Source: an uncultured Chloroflexia bacterium
GTDB taxonomy: Bacteria > Chloroflexota > Limnocylindria > Limnocylindrales > CSP1-4
Direction of reading: 5' to 3'
Assembly (NCBI GenBank): GCA_963772565.1
Contig: CAVYXU010000015.1
Span: forward strand, 4,306-68,305
DNA: 64,000 bases
In this document: piece after piece, positions 56,487 through 64,000 of the stretch
Layout: every line of letters starts with the position of its first letter
Numbering within the stretch: the first letter of the stretch is position 1
Program-made: the position numbers and the translations under genes
The notes under the pieces: generated by a model
Database searches by the model: none
Told to the model about the DNA's origin: nothing
The model's input: only the letters and a program-made list of their open reading frames with translations

Positions 56487-57284
56487 TTACTTCCGGTACA
56501 GGAAGGCGTCCTGCACGTCCGACTCGCCGAGCGCAAGGCGCTGGAGCCGGTACAGGTGGGTCCCCATGGCGTAGGCGTCGTCGGGCGAAAGCCCCTCGGA
56601 CCGCCGGCTGGACTCGAACTCGATCCGGACGCCCAGGGGCGGATGTCGCGTGATCAGCCCCGCGATGCGCTCCGCTTCGGCGATCAGGTCCGCCGGCTCG
56701 ACGATCCGGTTTACCAGGTGCACCCGGAGCGCCTCGGCAGCATCGATCGGTTCGCCCGTCAGCGCCATCTCCCACGCCGTCGTTGGTGGCACGTGGCGAA
56801 ACAGCTGCATCGCACCGGCAAGCCCGCCCATGCCGTAGGCAATCTCCGGGAGGCCGAACCGGGCGTCGGGCGTGGCGATTCGGATGTCGGTGAGCTTGAG
56901 CAGGTATGCCAGGCCGCGGCCGAGGCACCAGCCGCGCACGGCGCCGATGATGGGCTTGGTCCGCACGAGCCCGAGGACGCGATCGGCCCAGTCGTAGCCG
57001 GGTGCCGAGGCATCGCCGGATCGGGCTGGCCCCGAGCTCATCGCGGCCAGCAGGTCGCTCGCCGCGGACCCCGAGCCCGGCTCCTCTGACTTGATGTCGT
57101 CCCCGGCGCAGAACGCCCGCTCACCGGCTCCGGTCAGGATCCCGATGGTGAGCCCGGGATCGGCCTGGAAGTCCAGCAGGGCCTCATGCATCTCCCGATG
57201 CATGGCCTGGGTCAGCGGGTTCACCTTGCCGTTGCGGATGGTGAACGTGGCCACCTGCCCCGTCTTGACGTAATCGATGGTCAC
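56487..57284 (-). CDS. Enoyl-CoA hydratase/isomerase (crotonase family).
   Basis: The crotonase fold (VATFTIRNGKVNPLTQAMHREMHEAL, GAGERAFCAGDDIK) is present over a length of 265 aa. Confidence 0.85.
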   Translation of the reverse strand: MTIDYVKTGQVATFTIRNGKVNPLTQAMHREMHEALLDFQADPGLTIGILTGAGERAFCAGDDIKSEEPGSGSAASDLLAAMSSGPARSGDASAPGYDWADRVLGLVRTKPIIGAVRGWCLGRGLAYLLKLTDIRIATPDARFGLPEIAYGMGGLAGAMQLFRHVPPTTAWEMALTGEPIDAAEALRVHLVNRIVEPADLIAEAERIAGLITRHPPLGVRIEFESSRRSEGLSPDDAYAMGTHLYRLQRLALGESDVQDAFLYRK

Positions 57285-57398
57285 CGAAGCTCCCTTGCCT
57301 GGATGGCTGCGTCGCAGTCAGGGTGCCCGGGGTCGGCGACGGCGGCCCCATGGTGCGCTGCCGGTTTCCAGCATGCCTCAAGCGAACGCAGTCACCGG

Positions 57399-58574
57399 CT
57401 ACTCGCCGTTGCCCTCGCGCGTCCCGGCCGCGCCGGAACCGTCAACGCCGTTCTCGCTCAGGAATCGACCCAGGCTGGCACGCCACATCGCCCGCGAGTG
57501 GAACGATCCGCCCGGGTTGATGGCTGCCGGGACCCCATACCGGATCAGCGTTTCGAGCAGGGGCGACAGCTGGGAGCCGTAGAGCTGCATGCACGCCTCC
57601 GGTGCGACGCCGGGCCAGGAGTAGCACGAGACGACCGTGCGCCGGTGTCCCGTCGGGACCCCTGCGGGGAGCCGGTCCCAGGCCGGGTCGTCGGGTCCGA
57701 ACTCCCACTGGTCGAGGTTGCCCTGCGGGATGCCCTCGATCCCCCGCACGACCGGCGGATCGTTGTCGAGCAGGTAGGGATCCACCGCGAGGTCGCAGAT
57801 CACGGCATGTGCGGGCATGAAGCCGAGCCACCCATTGGGGAGCAGCGGACGCGACGTGTCGCGCCGGGCCGTGGCGTCGACGAGGACGTCGGTGACCGCA
57901 AGGCAGTGCTGGAGATAGGCCTCGTTCCCGGACAGGTTCTGATCGACGACCACGACCTCCACCCCCGGCAGACCCTCGCGCATGAACCGCTCGTTGCGCG
58001 CGTCGTCGCCGCATCGGACCGCCCATTCAACGGCGAGCTTGCCGACCCCGCCCGAACCCATGATCGTGACCCGGACCGGGAGTCGCATCGGCGACATCAG
58101 CGCCGGCCACCGACGCTCGAGCGCCTCGAATGCCGCCGCCAGGCCGTTGCGGGCCACGTCGCGCAGGTTCTGGACGAGGCGCCGGCCGTCGTCGCCGGTC
58201 ACCATGTCGAGGGCGATGGCCTCGATGCCGAGGCCGCCGAGCATCTCGACCCGCGCCGGCCGGGTCATGAAATGGAGCATGGAGATCAGCAGCGTGCCGG
58301 GCCGCAGCAGGTCGTAGCGGCCCTCGGGCGCACGGAGGACGACCACGATGTCCTGGGCGTAGGCGGTGGCTTCGTCCACGATGTGGACGTTCGGCGACGT
58401 GGCGCTGTAGGCATCGTCCGCGTAGCCCATGCCCGTCCCGCTGCCGCTCTCGACGAACACGTCGAGTCCCTTGTCGGCCAGCTGGCCGATCAACGCGGGC
58501 AGGAAGGCCCGCCGCTCCCCGGGCTCGTTGTACATGCGCGGGAAGCCGATGCTGAGGTCGTCGTCCGGGATCAT
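57399..58574 (-). CDS. AlaDH/PNT-family NAD(P)-dependent dehydrogenase (alanine dehydrogenase / N5-(carboxyethyl)ornithine synthase-like).
   Basis: The N-terminal substrate domain and the Rossmann motif VTIMGSGGVGKLAVEWA are present. Confidence 0.7.
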   Translation of the reverse strand: MIPDDDLSIGFPRMYNEPGERRAFLPALIGQLADKGLDVFVESGSGTGMGYADDAYSATSPNVHIVDEATAYAQDIVVVLRAPEGRYDLLRPGTLLISMLHFMTRPARVEMLGGLGIEAIALDMVTGDDGRRLVQNLRDVARNGLAAAFEALERRWPALMSPMRLPVRVTIMGSGGVGKLAVEWAVRCGDDARNERFMREGLPGVEVVVVDQNLSGNEAYLQHCLAVTDVLVDATARRDTSRPLLPNGWLGFMPAHAVICDLAVDPYLLDNDPPVVRGIEGIPQGNLDQWEFGPDDPAWDRLPAGVPTGHRRTVVSCYSWPGVAPEACMQLYGSQLSPLLETLIRYGVPAAINPGGSFHSRAMWRASLGRFLSENGVDGSGAAGTREGNGE

Positions 58575-58913
58575 CGATACCTCGGTCGCTGGCGTGCGGG
58601 TGGGTCCTGGTGTGCGTTGGGTGCTCGCGTTCCCACGAGCATCGCTGGGTCAATCATCGATCAGGCGAGCGCGGTGACACAACGTCCAGGCGGACCAACC
58701 GGGCCATCGCTCGCAACTGCCCGGCAGGTCGTTTGGCCGGCATGCCCATGTTGACCTGGGGCAGCCGTGGAGCGGGCGGACCGACCTCCCGGAAGACGCC
58801 CACGCCTGCCGGTGCCTCGCTGCACCCGCTGTTGCCGGTGTTCAGTTGCGCTGATCACCTCGAGCCGCCATCATCGCCGCTTCGGGGCAGCGGCAGGAGG
58901 CGATGTGCGCAGG

Positions 58914-61370
58914 ATGGTCGTCGGAATCAGCTGGTCGGCACGGCATCGCGCCCAGGTGGCGGCGTTCCTCGGGGCGGTCATCGTCGGGCTCGTCCCATTG
59001 CTCGCGGCACCGGTGGCAGCGGCACCCGACCGCGGTCCCGTTGTCGGCCAGGCCGTCATGCACGACGTCTCACCTGCGCTGCGCGACCTCGCGCCACTGC
59101 CCGGCGGCGAGGAGGACGGGCACGGCCCGCCGCAGGACCTGCTCGAGAACCGCCCGACCCACGCACACGGCCCGAGCTCGAACGTCACGGACCCGGTGGT
59201 CCAGTCGACCTCGCCCGCCTCGACGGCGCCTTCGACGGCCGCCAACTTCGAGGGCATCAGCAACCTCGATGGTGTCTACCCGCCCGACACCAATGGCGAC
59301 GTCGGACCCAACCACTACGTCCAGTGGGTGAATCTCCACTTCGCGATCTACTCCAAGACCGGAACGCTCCTGTATGGACCCGCCGCCGGCAACACGCTCT
59401 GGTCCGGCTTCGGCAACCCCTGCCAGAACCAGAACGGGGGCGACCCGATCGTGCAGTACGACCAGCTTGCCGACCGCTGGCTGATGGCCCAGTTCACCAC
59501 CTCCAAGCCGTACGGCGAGTGCGTGGCCGTCTCGACCAGTCCCGACCCGACGGGGTCGTGGAACCGCTACTTCTTCCAGTTCAGCACCCGCGTCTTCTAC
59601 GACTACCCGAAGATCGGCGTCTGGCCGGACGGCTACTACCTGACCGCCAACCGGTTCGGTGGCGCATTCGGCAGCTTCCAGGGCGCGAGTGCCATCGTCC
59701 TCGACCGGGCCGCGATGATCGCCGGGCAGCCGGCGGCGTTCCAGGAGTTCAAGACGGGCTCAAGCTACGGCTCGCTCCTGCCCGCCGACCTTGATGGGTC
59801 AACGCTGCCGCCAGCGGGCGCGCCCGAGCCGATCATGGAGGTCGGGTCATCGGCCCTCCATGGCTGGCGCTTCCACGTGAGCTGGTCGAACCCGTCGAGC
59901 TCGACGTTCACGGGACCGATGACGACCCCGGTCGCGGCCTACAACGAGCTGTGCCCCTCGACCCGGAGCTGCATCACGCAGCCGGGCACGAGCGTCGGCC
60001 TTGACGGCCTCGGCGACCGCCTGATGTACCGGCTTGCGTACCGGAACATCGGTGGTCACGAATCGCTCGTCGTCAATCACAGCGTCAACGTGAACGCGAG
60101 CGGCACGGTTCGGGCCGGCGTGCGCTGGTACGAGATCCGCAACGCCACCGCCGGAACCCCCACCCTGTTCCAGCAGGGCACGTTCTCCCCAGATTCGACC
60201 AACCGGTGGCTCGGGTCGGTGGCGATGGACGGTGCCGGCAACATCGCGCTGGGCTACAGCGTCGCCAGCAGCTCCGTGTCCGCGGGCATCCGCGTGACCG
60301 GACGGCTCGCCGGGGACGCGCCGGGCCTGATGACCCAGGGCGAGACGACGATCATCGCGGGCAGCGGCTCACAGACGGGGAGCGCCTCGCGCTGGGGCGA
60401 CTATGCGTCGATGTCGGTCGACCCGACGGATGACTGCACGTTCTGGTTCACCACCGAGTACATGCCGTCGACCGGCGGGGCTCCGTGGCAGACGCGGATC
60501 GCCTCGTTCACGCTCCCCGGATGCTCGGCGACGCCTGTCTCCAAGCCCAGTGCCCCGACGAATCTCACCGCCACCGCCGGCAACGCGACCGTCCACCTTG
60601 CGTGGGCGGCGCCGACGACCGGCGACGCTCCGACGGGCTACCAGGTCTATCGCGGCGGCAACCTCGTGGCGACGCTGGGCAACGTCCTTGCCTTCGACGA
60701 CGCAGGGCTCGTGAACGGGACCCAGTACTCGTACACGGTCACTGCGACCAACTCGGCGGGCGAGGGACCGGCCGCCGGTCCGGTCAGTGCGACACCGGTG
60801 GCGCCGGCTGCGACCGCGCCGGGGGCGCCGACGGGACTCACGGCCACGGCCGGCGACACGGTCGTTGACCTTCAGTGGAGCCCGCCATCGAGCGACGGCG
60901 GTAGCCCGATCCAGAGCTACGTCGTCTATCGCAACGGGAGCTCAATCGGCACGCCTTCGGGCACGAGCTTCCACGACACCGGCGTGGATGAACGGCCAGA
61001 CCTACACGTACGCGGTCGCCGCGGTCAATGCCGTCGATATGGGGTTCCGCAGTCCGATCCGGTCGATGCGACGCCGAGCGCGGCACCCGATGGTGTCAGC
61101 GCCGTCGTTCCGCCACTGGACCTGACGGCAGGCCAGGCGAAGGGCAGGGGTGTCCAGCTCAGCTGGTCCGCCCCAACCTACGATGGCGGGAGCGCGATCA
61201 CCGAATACAGGATCTACCGGGACGGGTCGCTGCTCACGACGGTGACCGCCACCACGACCAGCTACAAGGACACGTCGACCGCGCGAGGTGCCACCTACAC
61301 CTACGGCGTCAGCGCCTTCAACGGGTCCCTGGAGGGGCCGCAGGCCACGGTCTACGCGGCGGCGAAATAG
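58914..61370 (+). CDS. Large secreted protein: unrecognised N-terminal domain of about 480 aa plus three C-terminal fibronectin-III-like repeats.
   Basis: AGGAGG is at 58895-58900. A GTG at 58905 or the ATG at 58914 are possible starts. The signal peptide is VVGISWSARHRAQVAAFLGAVIVGLVPLLAAPVAAA. FN3 repeats follow (LTATAGNATVHLAWAAP...YQVYRGG etc.). Confidence 0.75.
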   Translation: MVVGISWSARHRAQVAAFLGAVIVGLVPLLAAPVAAAPDRGPVVGQAVMHDVSPALRDLAPLPGGEEDGHGPPQDLLENRPTHAHGPSSNVTDPVVQSTSPASTAPSTAANFEGISNLDGVYPPDTNGDVGPNHYVQWVNLHFAIYSKTGTLLYGPAAGNTLWSGFGNPCQNQNGGDPIVQYDQLADRWLMAQFTTSKPYGECVAVSTSPDPTGSWNRYFFQFSTRVFYDYPKIGVWPDGYYLTANRFGGAFGSFQGASAIVLDRAAMIAGQPAAFQEFKTGSSYGSLLPADLDGSTLPPAGAPEPIMEVGSSALHGWRFHVSWSNPSSSTFTGPMTTPVAAYNELCPSTRSCITQPGTSVGLDGLGDRLMYRLAYRNIGGHESLVVNHSVNVNASGTVRAGVRWYEIRNATAGTPTLFQQGTFSPDSTNRWLGSVAMDGAGNIALGYSVASSSVSAGIRVTGRLAGDAPGLMTQGETTIIAGSGSQTGSASRWGDYASMSVDPTDDCTFWFTTEYMPSTGGAPWQTRIASFTLPGCSATPVSKPSAPTNLTATAGNATVHLAWAAPTTGDAPTGYQVYRGGNLVATLGNVLAFDDAGLVNGTQYSYTVTATNSAGEGPAAGPVSATPVAPAATAPGAPTGLTATAGDTVVDLQWSPPSSDGGSPIQSYVVYRNGSSIGTPSGTSFHDTGVDERPDLHVRGRRGQCRRYGVPQSDPVDATPSAAPDGVSAVVPPLDLTAGQAKGRGVQLSWSAPTYDGGSAITEYRIYRDGSLLTTVTATTTSYKDTSTARGATYTYGVSAFNGSLEGPQATVYAAAK

Positions 61371-61408
61371 CCCGGGCGATCCGACGGCGCACCACCTCGA
61401 CCGCACGC

Positions 61409-61422
61409 CGGAGCCGGCTCCG
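61409..61422. terminator. Palindrome between convergent genes.
   Basis: cggagccggctccg lies in the 64-bp gap between 61370 (+) and 61435 (-). Confidence 0.3.
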
Positions 61423-61434
61423 AGTGCTGTTCCG

Positions 61435-62913
61435 TCAGGCGTTTGCGGCCAGCTCCCGACCGACCGTGATCACCTCGTCGACCAGGGCGTCGGCGTCGGC
61501 GAGCGTCGTTCTGGGGTTGATGAAGCAGGGGCGTATGGCGAACTTTCCATCGACCCGAGTGCTGGACGGCACGACCCGCCCGCGGGCGCGGACCGCGTGG
61601 AGCAGCGCATCGTTGAGCTCCTCCAGGCGAGCCTCGTCGGTCCATCCGGTCGGCCGATAACGGAAGCAGCAGATCGACAGCACCGGCTCCGCGAGCAGCT
61701 CCAGCTCGTCGGACGACCGCGCCCGCTCCGCAACGTGGCGGGCGCAGTCGTTGTGCCGGACCACGCGGTCGCGCATCCCATCGGCACCGATCTCCCGGAG
61801 GATCGCCCACACGGCCAGGCCACGCGCGGGTGTCGAGAAGTCGACGCCCAGGTCCGGCGTTCCGTGGCCGAGCGCCTCGAAGGGGGACGCCGTGTCCCCC
61901 TCGTCCGCGGTCGCGTGGCGCTCCCGGTCGTAGTCGCCGGTCTCGATCGTGAACGCGCGCCCAAGGATGCCTTCATCGCGCACGATCGTGGCCCCGGTCC
62001 CGACCGGGGCGGCCATCCACTTGTGCGGATCCACAGCAAACGAGTCGTACGTCGAGACATCGCCGTACCGGTCGCGGACGCGCGGGTCGAGGATGCCGAA
62101 GCCGCCGTATGCGCCGTCCACGTGCAGCCAGATCTCCCGCTCGTGGGCGATGCGTGCGAGCTCGGCCATCGGATCGACCCTGCCCCCGTTCACGTCGCCC
62201 GCGCAGCCGACGACGGCGACCTGCGTGCAGCCCGCGGCGCGGTCCTCGTCGAGGGCCCGCTGGAGCAGGTCGAGGTCGATGGTGCCCTCACGGTTGAGTG
62301 GGATCAACCGGAGGTTGCGTCGTCCCATCCCGAGGACACCCAGCGCGCGGCCCACGACGTGATGGGTCTCCGCGCTCGCGTAGACGCGCGGCTCCGGCAT
62401 CCCGTCGATCCCGTCGAGTGACGGCCGGAGCCCGAGCCGCTCCCCGGCATGCTGCCGCGCGGCGCCGATGCCCAGCAGGTTTGCCGTCGAGCCACCGGCC
62501 GTGAAGGTTCCCTCGAACGTGGCCGGGAAGCCGAGCAGCTCGATCAGCCAGCGCATCGCCAGGTGATCTGCGAAGTTCCCGGGCGTCATCCACCAGCGCT
62601 GCGGGACGGCAACGGCCTGGGCCAGATTCGCGGCAGCGCCGACGTCAGTCGGGCCGGTCGTCACCCAGCCGGAGAACCCCGGGTGCCCGACGCGCAGGCC
62701 GTTGGCGATCACGACCTCGGCCAGTTCGCGGAGCGTCTCGTCGCGCCCGACGCCGGCCGCCGGCAGCGGTCGATCCAGGGCTGGGCGCCAACCCGACCGC
62801 TCCCGGGCCGGATCCGGCCCTTCGAAGCGGAGGAACTGCTCGAGCGACGGGAGGATGGCCTGGATCGACATTCCCAGGTCATCGATGGATGCGGCATCGC
62901 GGCGGTCATTCAT
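61435..62913 (-). CDS. PLP-dependent group II decarboxylase (aromatic-L-amino-acid / glutamate decarboxylase family).
   Basis: The PLP lysine is in SFAVDPHKWMAAP. HVDGAYGG and the fold type I N-terminus are present. The start is at MNDRRDAAS, confirmed by cat at 62911-62913. Confidence 0.85.
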   Translation of the reverse strand: MNDRRDAASIDDLGMSIQAILPSLEQFLRFEGPDPARERSGWRPALDRPLPAAGVGRDETLRELAEVVIANGLRVGHPGFSGWVTTGPTDVGAAANLAQAVAVPQRWWMTPGNFADHLAMRWLIELLGFPATFEGTFTAGGSTANLLGIGAARQHAGERLGLRPSLDGIDGMPEPRVYASAETHHVVGRALGVLGMGRRNLRLIPLNREGTIDLDLLQRALDEDRAAGCTQVAVVGCAGDVNGGRVDPMAELARIAHEREIWLHVDGAYGGFGILDPRVRDRYGDVSTYDSFAVDPHKWMAAPVGTGATIVRDEGILGRAFTIETGDYDRERHATADEGDTASPFEALGHGTPDLGVDFSTPARGLAVWAILREIGADGMRDRVVRHNDCARHVAERARSSDELELLAEPVLSICCFRYRPTGWTDEARLEELNDALLHAVRARGRVVPSSTRVDGKFAIRPCFINPRTTLADADALVDEVITVGRELAANA

Positions 62914-62970
62914 CGCAGGCGAGTGTATCGGGTCGGTCGAGGACCGGTTGTCCTGCCCTATGCTCCCGGC

Positions 62971-64000
62971 ATGCCCGACACACCCACGACCGCGCGCGCG
63001 ATCGCCGACGAGCTGCGCGAGCACCAGCTGGCCCACGATCACGACAGGGCGCTGCGTCAGGGCGATGTCGACCACGTCGAGCGCTGGTCCGACTACTCGG
63101 CCGGCGGGATCGGCGATCGCCTTGCGGTCATGCGCGACATCGCGGATCGGGCCGATGCCACGCCGGCAGCCAGCCGGTCGGAACAGAACCTGCTCGACGC
63201 TGTCGCCTTCAGCGCCCGCAGCGAGGCCCTCTACCTCGAGATCGCGCCGACCCTGACCGGGATCAACCCCGCTGTGGGCATGGTGGCCACGATTCTCACC
63301 TTCCTCCCGCGGTACCCGCTCGTGACCGCCGACCACGGTGCTCGGTACCACGAGAAGCTGCGCGCGTTCCCCGACTTCATCGAGGGGTGGTGCGATCGAC
63401 TCCGCGCAGCCGCAGCGGACGGCGTCGTACCGATCCGGCACCTCGTCCAGGCCCAGATCACACTGCTCGACGCGATGCTGGCGGGCCCGTTGTCCGCGGG
63501 CCAGCTCGCTGCTCAACGGCCTCCGACGGAGCTCGATGCCGACGCGGCCGCGCGGTGGTCGACCACGCTGCACGGGCTCCTCGACGGACCGGTGACCCAG
63601 GGGTTCGCGCACCTGCGCGCGACCCTTGCCGAGCACACGCTGCCCGCGGCGCTTCCGGACGACCGGCCCGGGATCATGCACCTCGAAGGCGGTCGCGAGG
63701 CCTATGACCGGTTTCTCTGGGCGGCGACGAGCCTGGACATGACCGCCGAGCAGATCCACCACGTCGGCCTCGAGCAGGTCGCCCGGGTCGAGGCCGAGTA
63801 CCTGCGGATCGCGGCTCCGGTTCTGGGGACCGACGACATCGCGGAGATCTACCGGCGGCTCCGTGACGACCCGGCGCTCCACTATCGGGACGGCGACGCG
63901 GTGATCAGCGATGCGACCGAGGCGCTTGCCCGGGCGACCGCAGCCGCACCGGGATGGTTCGGGACCCTGCCCGTGGCGCCATGCACGGCACACCCGACCA
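62971..64000 (+). CDS. DUF885-family protein, 5' portion (runs off the window end).
   Basis: This is a manual translation from the ATG at 62971: MPDTPTTARAIADELREHQLAHDHDRALRQGDVDHVERWSDYSAGGIGDRLAVMRDIADRA.... It was not in the ORF track because there is no stop inside the window. Confidence 0.6.
   Translation, partial: MPDTPTTARAIADELREHQLAHDHDRALRQGDVDHVERWSDYSAGGIGDRLAVMRDIADRADATPAASRSEQNLLDAVAFSARSEALYLEIAPTLTGINPAVGMVATILTFLPRYPLVTADHGARYHEKLRAFPDFIEGWCDRLRAAAADGVVPIRHLVQAQITLLDAMLAGPLSAGQLAAQRPPTELDADAAARWSTTLHGLLDGPVTQGFAHLRATLAEHTLPAALPDDRPGIMHLEGGREAYDRFLWAATSLDMTAEQIHHVGLEQVARVEAEYLRIAAPVLGTDDIAEIYRRLRDDPALHYRDGDAVISDATEALARATAAAPGWFGTLPVAPCTAHPT

Noticed and set aside
62702-63707. 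Plus-strand ORFs 62702-63256 and 62889-63707 (184 and 272 aa).
   Set aside because: They are Arg-rich and out of frame. The same strand in the correct frame encodes the DUF885 protein from ATG 62971.
1-64000. A search for CRISPR arrays, IS elements/transposases, integrases, phage structural genes and rRNA.
   Set aside because: I found no spaced direct repeat arrays, DDE/HUH transposase motifs, tyrosine or serine recombinase motifs, or rRNA-like low-GC conserved stretches.

Overview
This is a high-GC (roughly 70-72% G+C) chromosomal segment. Gene content suggests an actinobacterial-type genome: an F420/luciferase-like oxidoreductase remnant, a LAL-type AAA+/TPR/LuxR regulator, Pro/Thr-rich secreted-protein linkers, lipobox lipoproteins, an ATP-dependent DNA ligase and an OpuC-type osmoprotectant transporter. 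I call about 60 protein-coding genes and one tRNA, and found no rRNA, CRISPR array, integrase, transposase or recognisable prophage.

The recognisable gene content, in order, is:
- thiolase, an IscA/HesB-like Fe-S carrier, a Lon N-domain protein, an MFS transporter and a sulfite-oxidase-like molybdoenzyme;
- a membrane glycosylation cluster of a polytopic GT-C-like protein, a GT2 and a flippase-like protein (5000-9374);
- an OpuCA-CB-CD-CC-like ABC transporter operon (9480-13170, minus strand);
- a GNAT acetyltransferase, an ATP-dependent DNA ligase, and a divergent rhodanese / class-V aminotransferase pair;
- a tRNA with anticodon UAU, followed by an island-like stretch: a NERD-like membrane protein, a PT-repeat secreted / SH3-like membrane protein, an orphan motif-permuted DNA methyltransferase and a 1074-aa LuxR regulator;
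- a blue-copper lipoprotein, an AlaX-like editing protein, a beta-helix lipoprotein, and a lower-GC islet carrying two small His/Cys-rich secreted proteins;
- an S10 carboxypeptidase, an ECF sigma/anti-sigma operon and a beta-lactamase-family hydrolase;
- a frameshifted HtrA protease, the pntAA-pntAB-pntB transhydrogenase operon, a GAF-PAS histidine kinase with a GGDEF cyclase, a tandem DsbA protein, an atypical LuxR response regulator and a GH18 lipoprotein;
- two GNAT genes, a TetR regulator with two palindromic operators, a crotonase with an AlaDH/PNT-family dehydrogenase, a large FN3-containing secreted protein, a PLP decarboxylase and a DUF885 gene truncated at the window end.

The best candidate for something new is the ECF sigma / anti-sigma module. 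The extracytoplasmic part of the anti-sigma factor is two Cys-less cupredoxin-like domains. They are clearly paralogous to an intact type-1-copper lipoprotein about 8 kb away. The module is co-transcribed with a Cys-rich membrane-anchored protein.

Caveat: at least five otherwise conserved genes carry apparent frameshifts, one of them a compensating pair. These may be indel errors in the assembly rather than biology.
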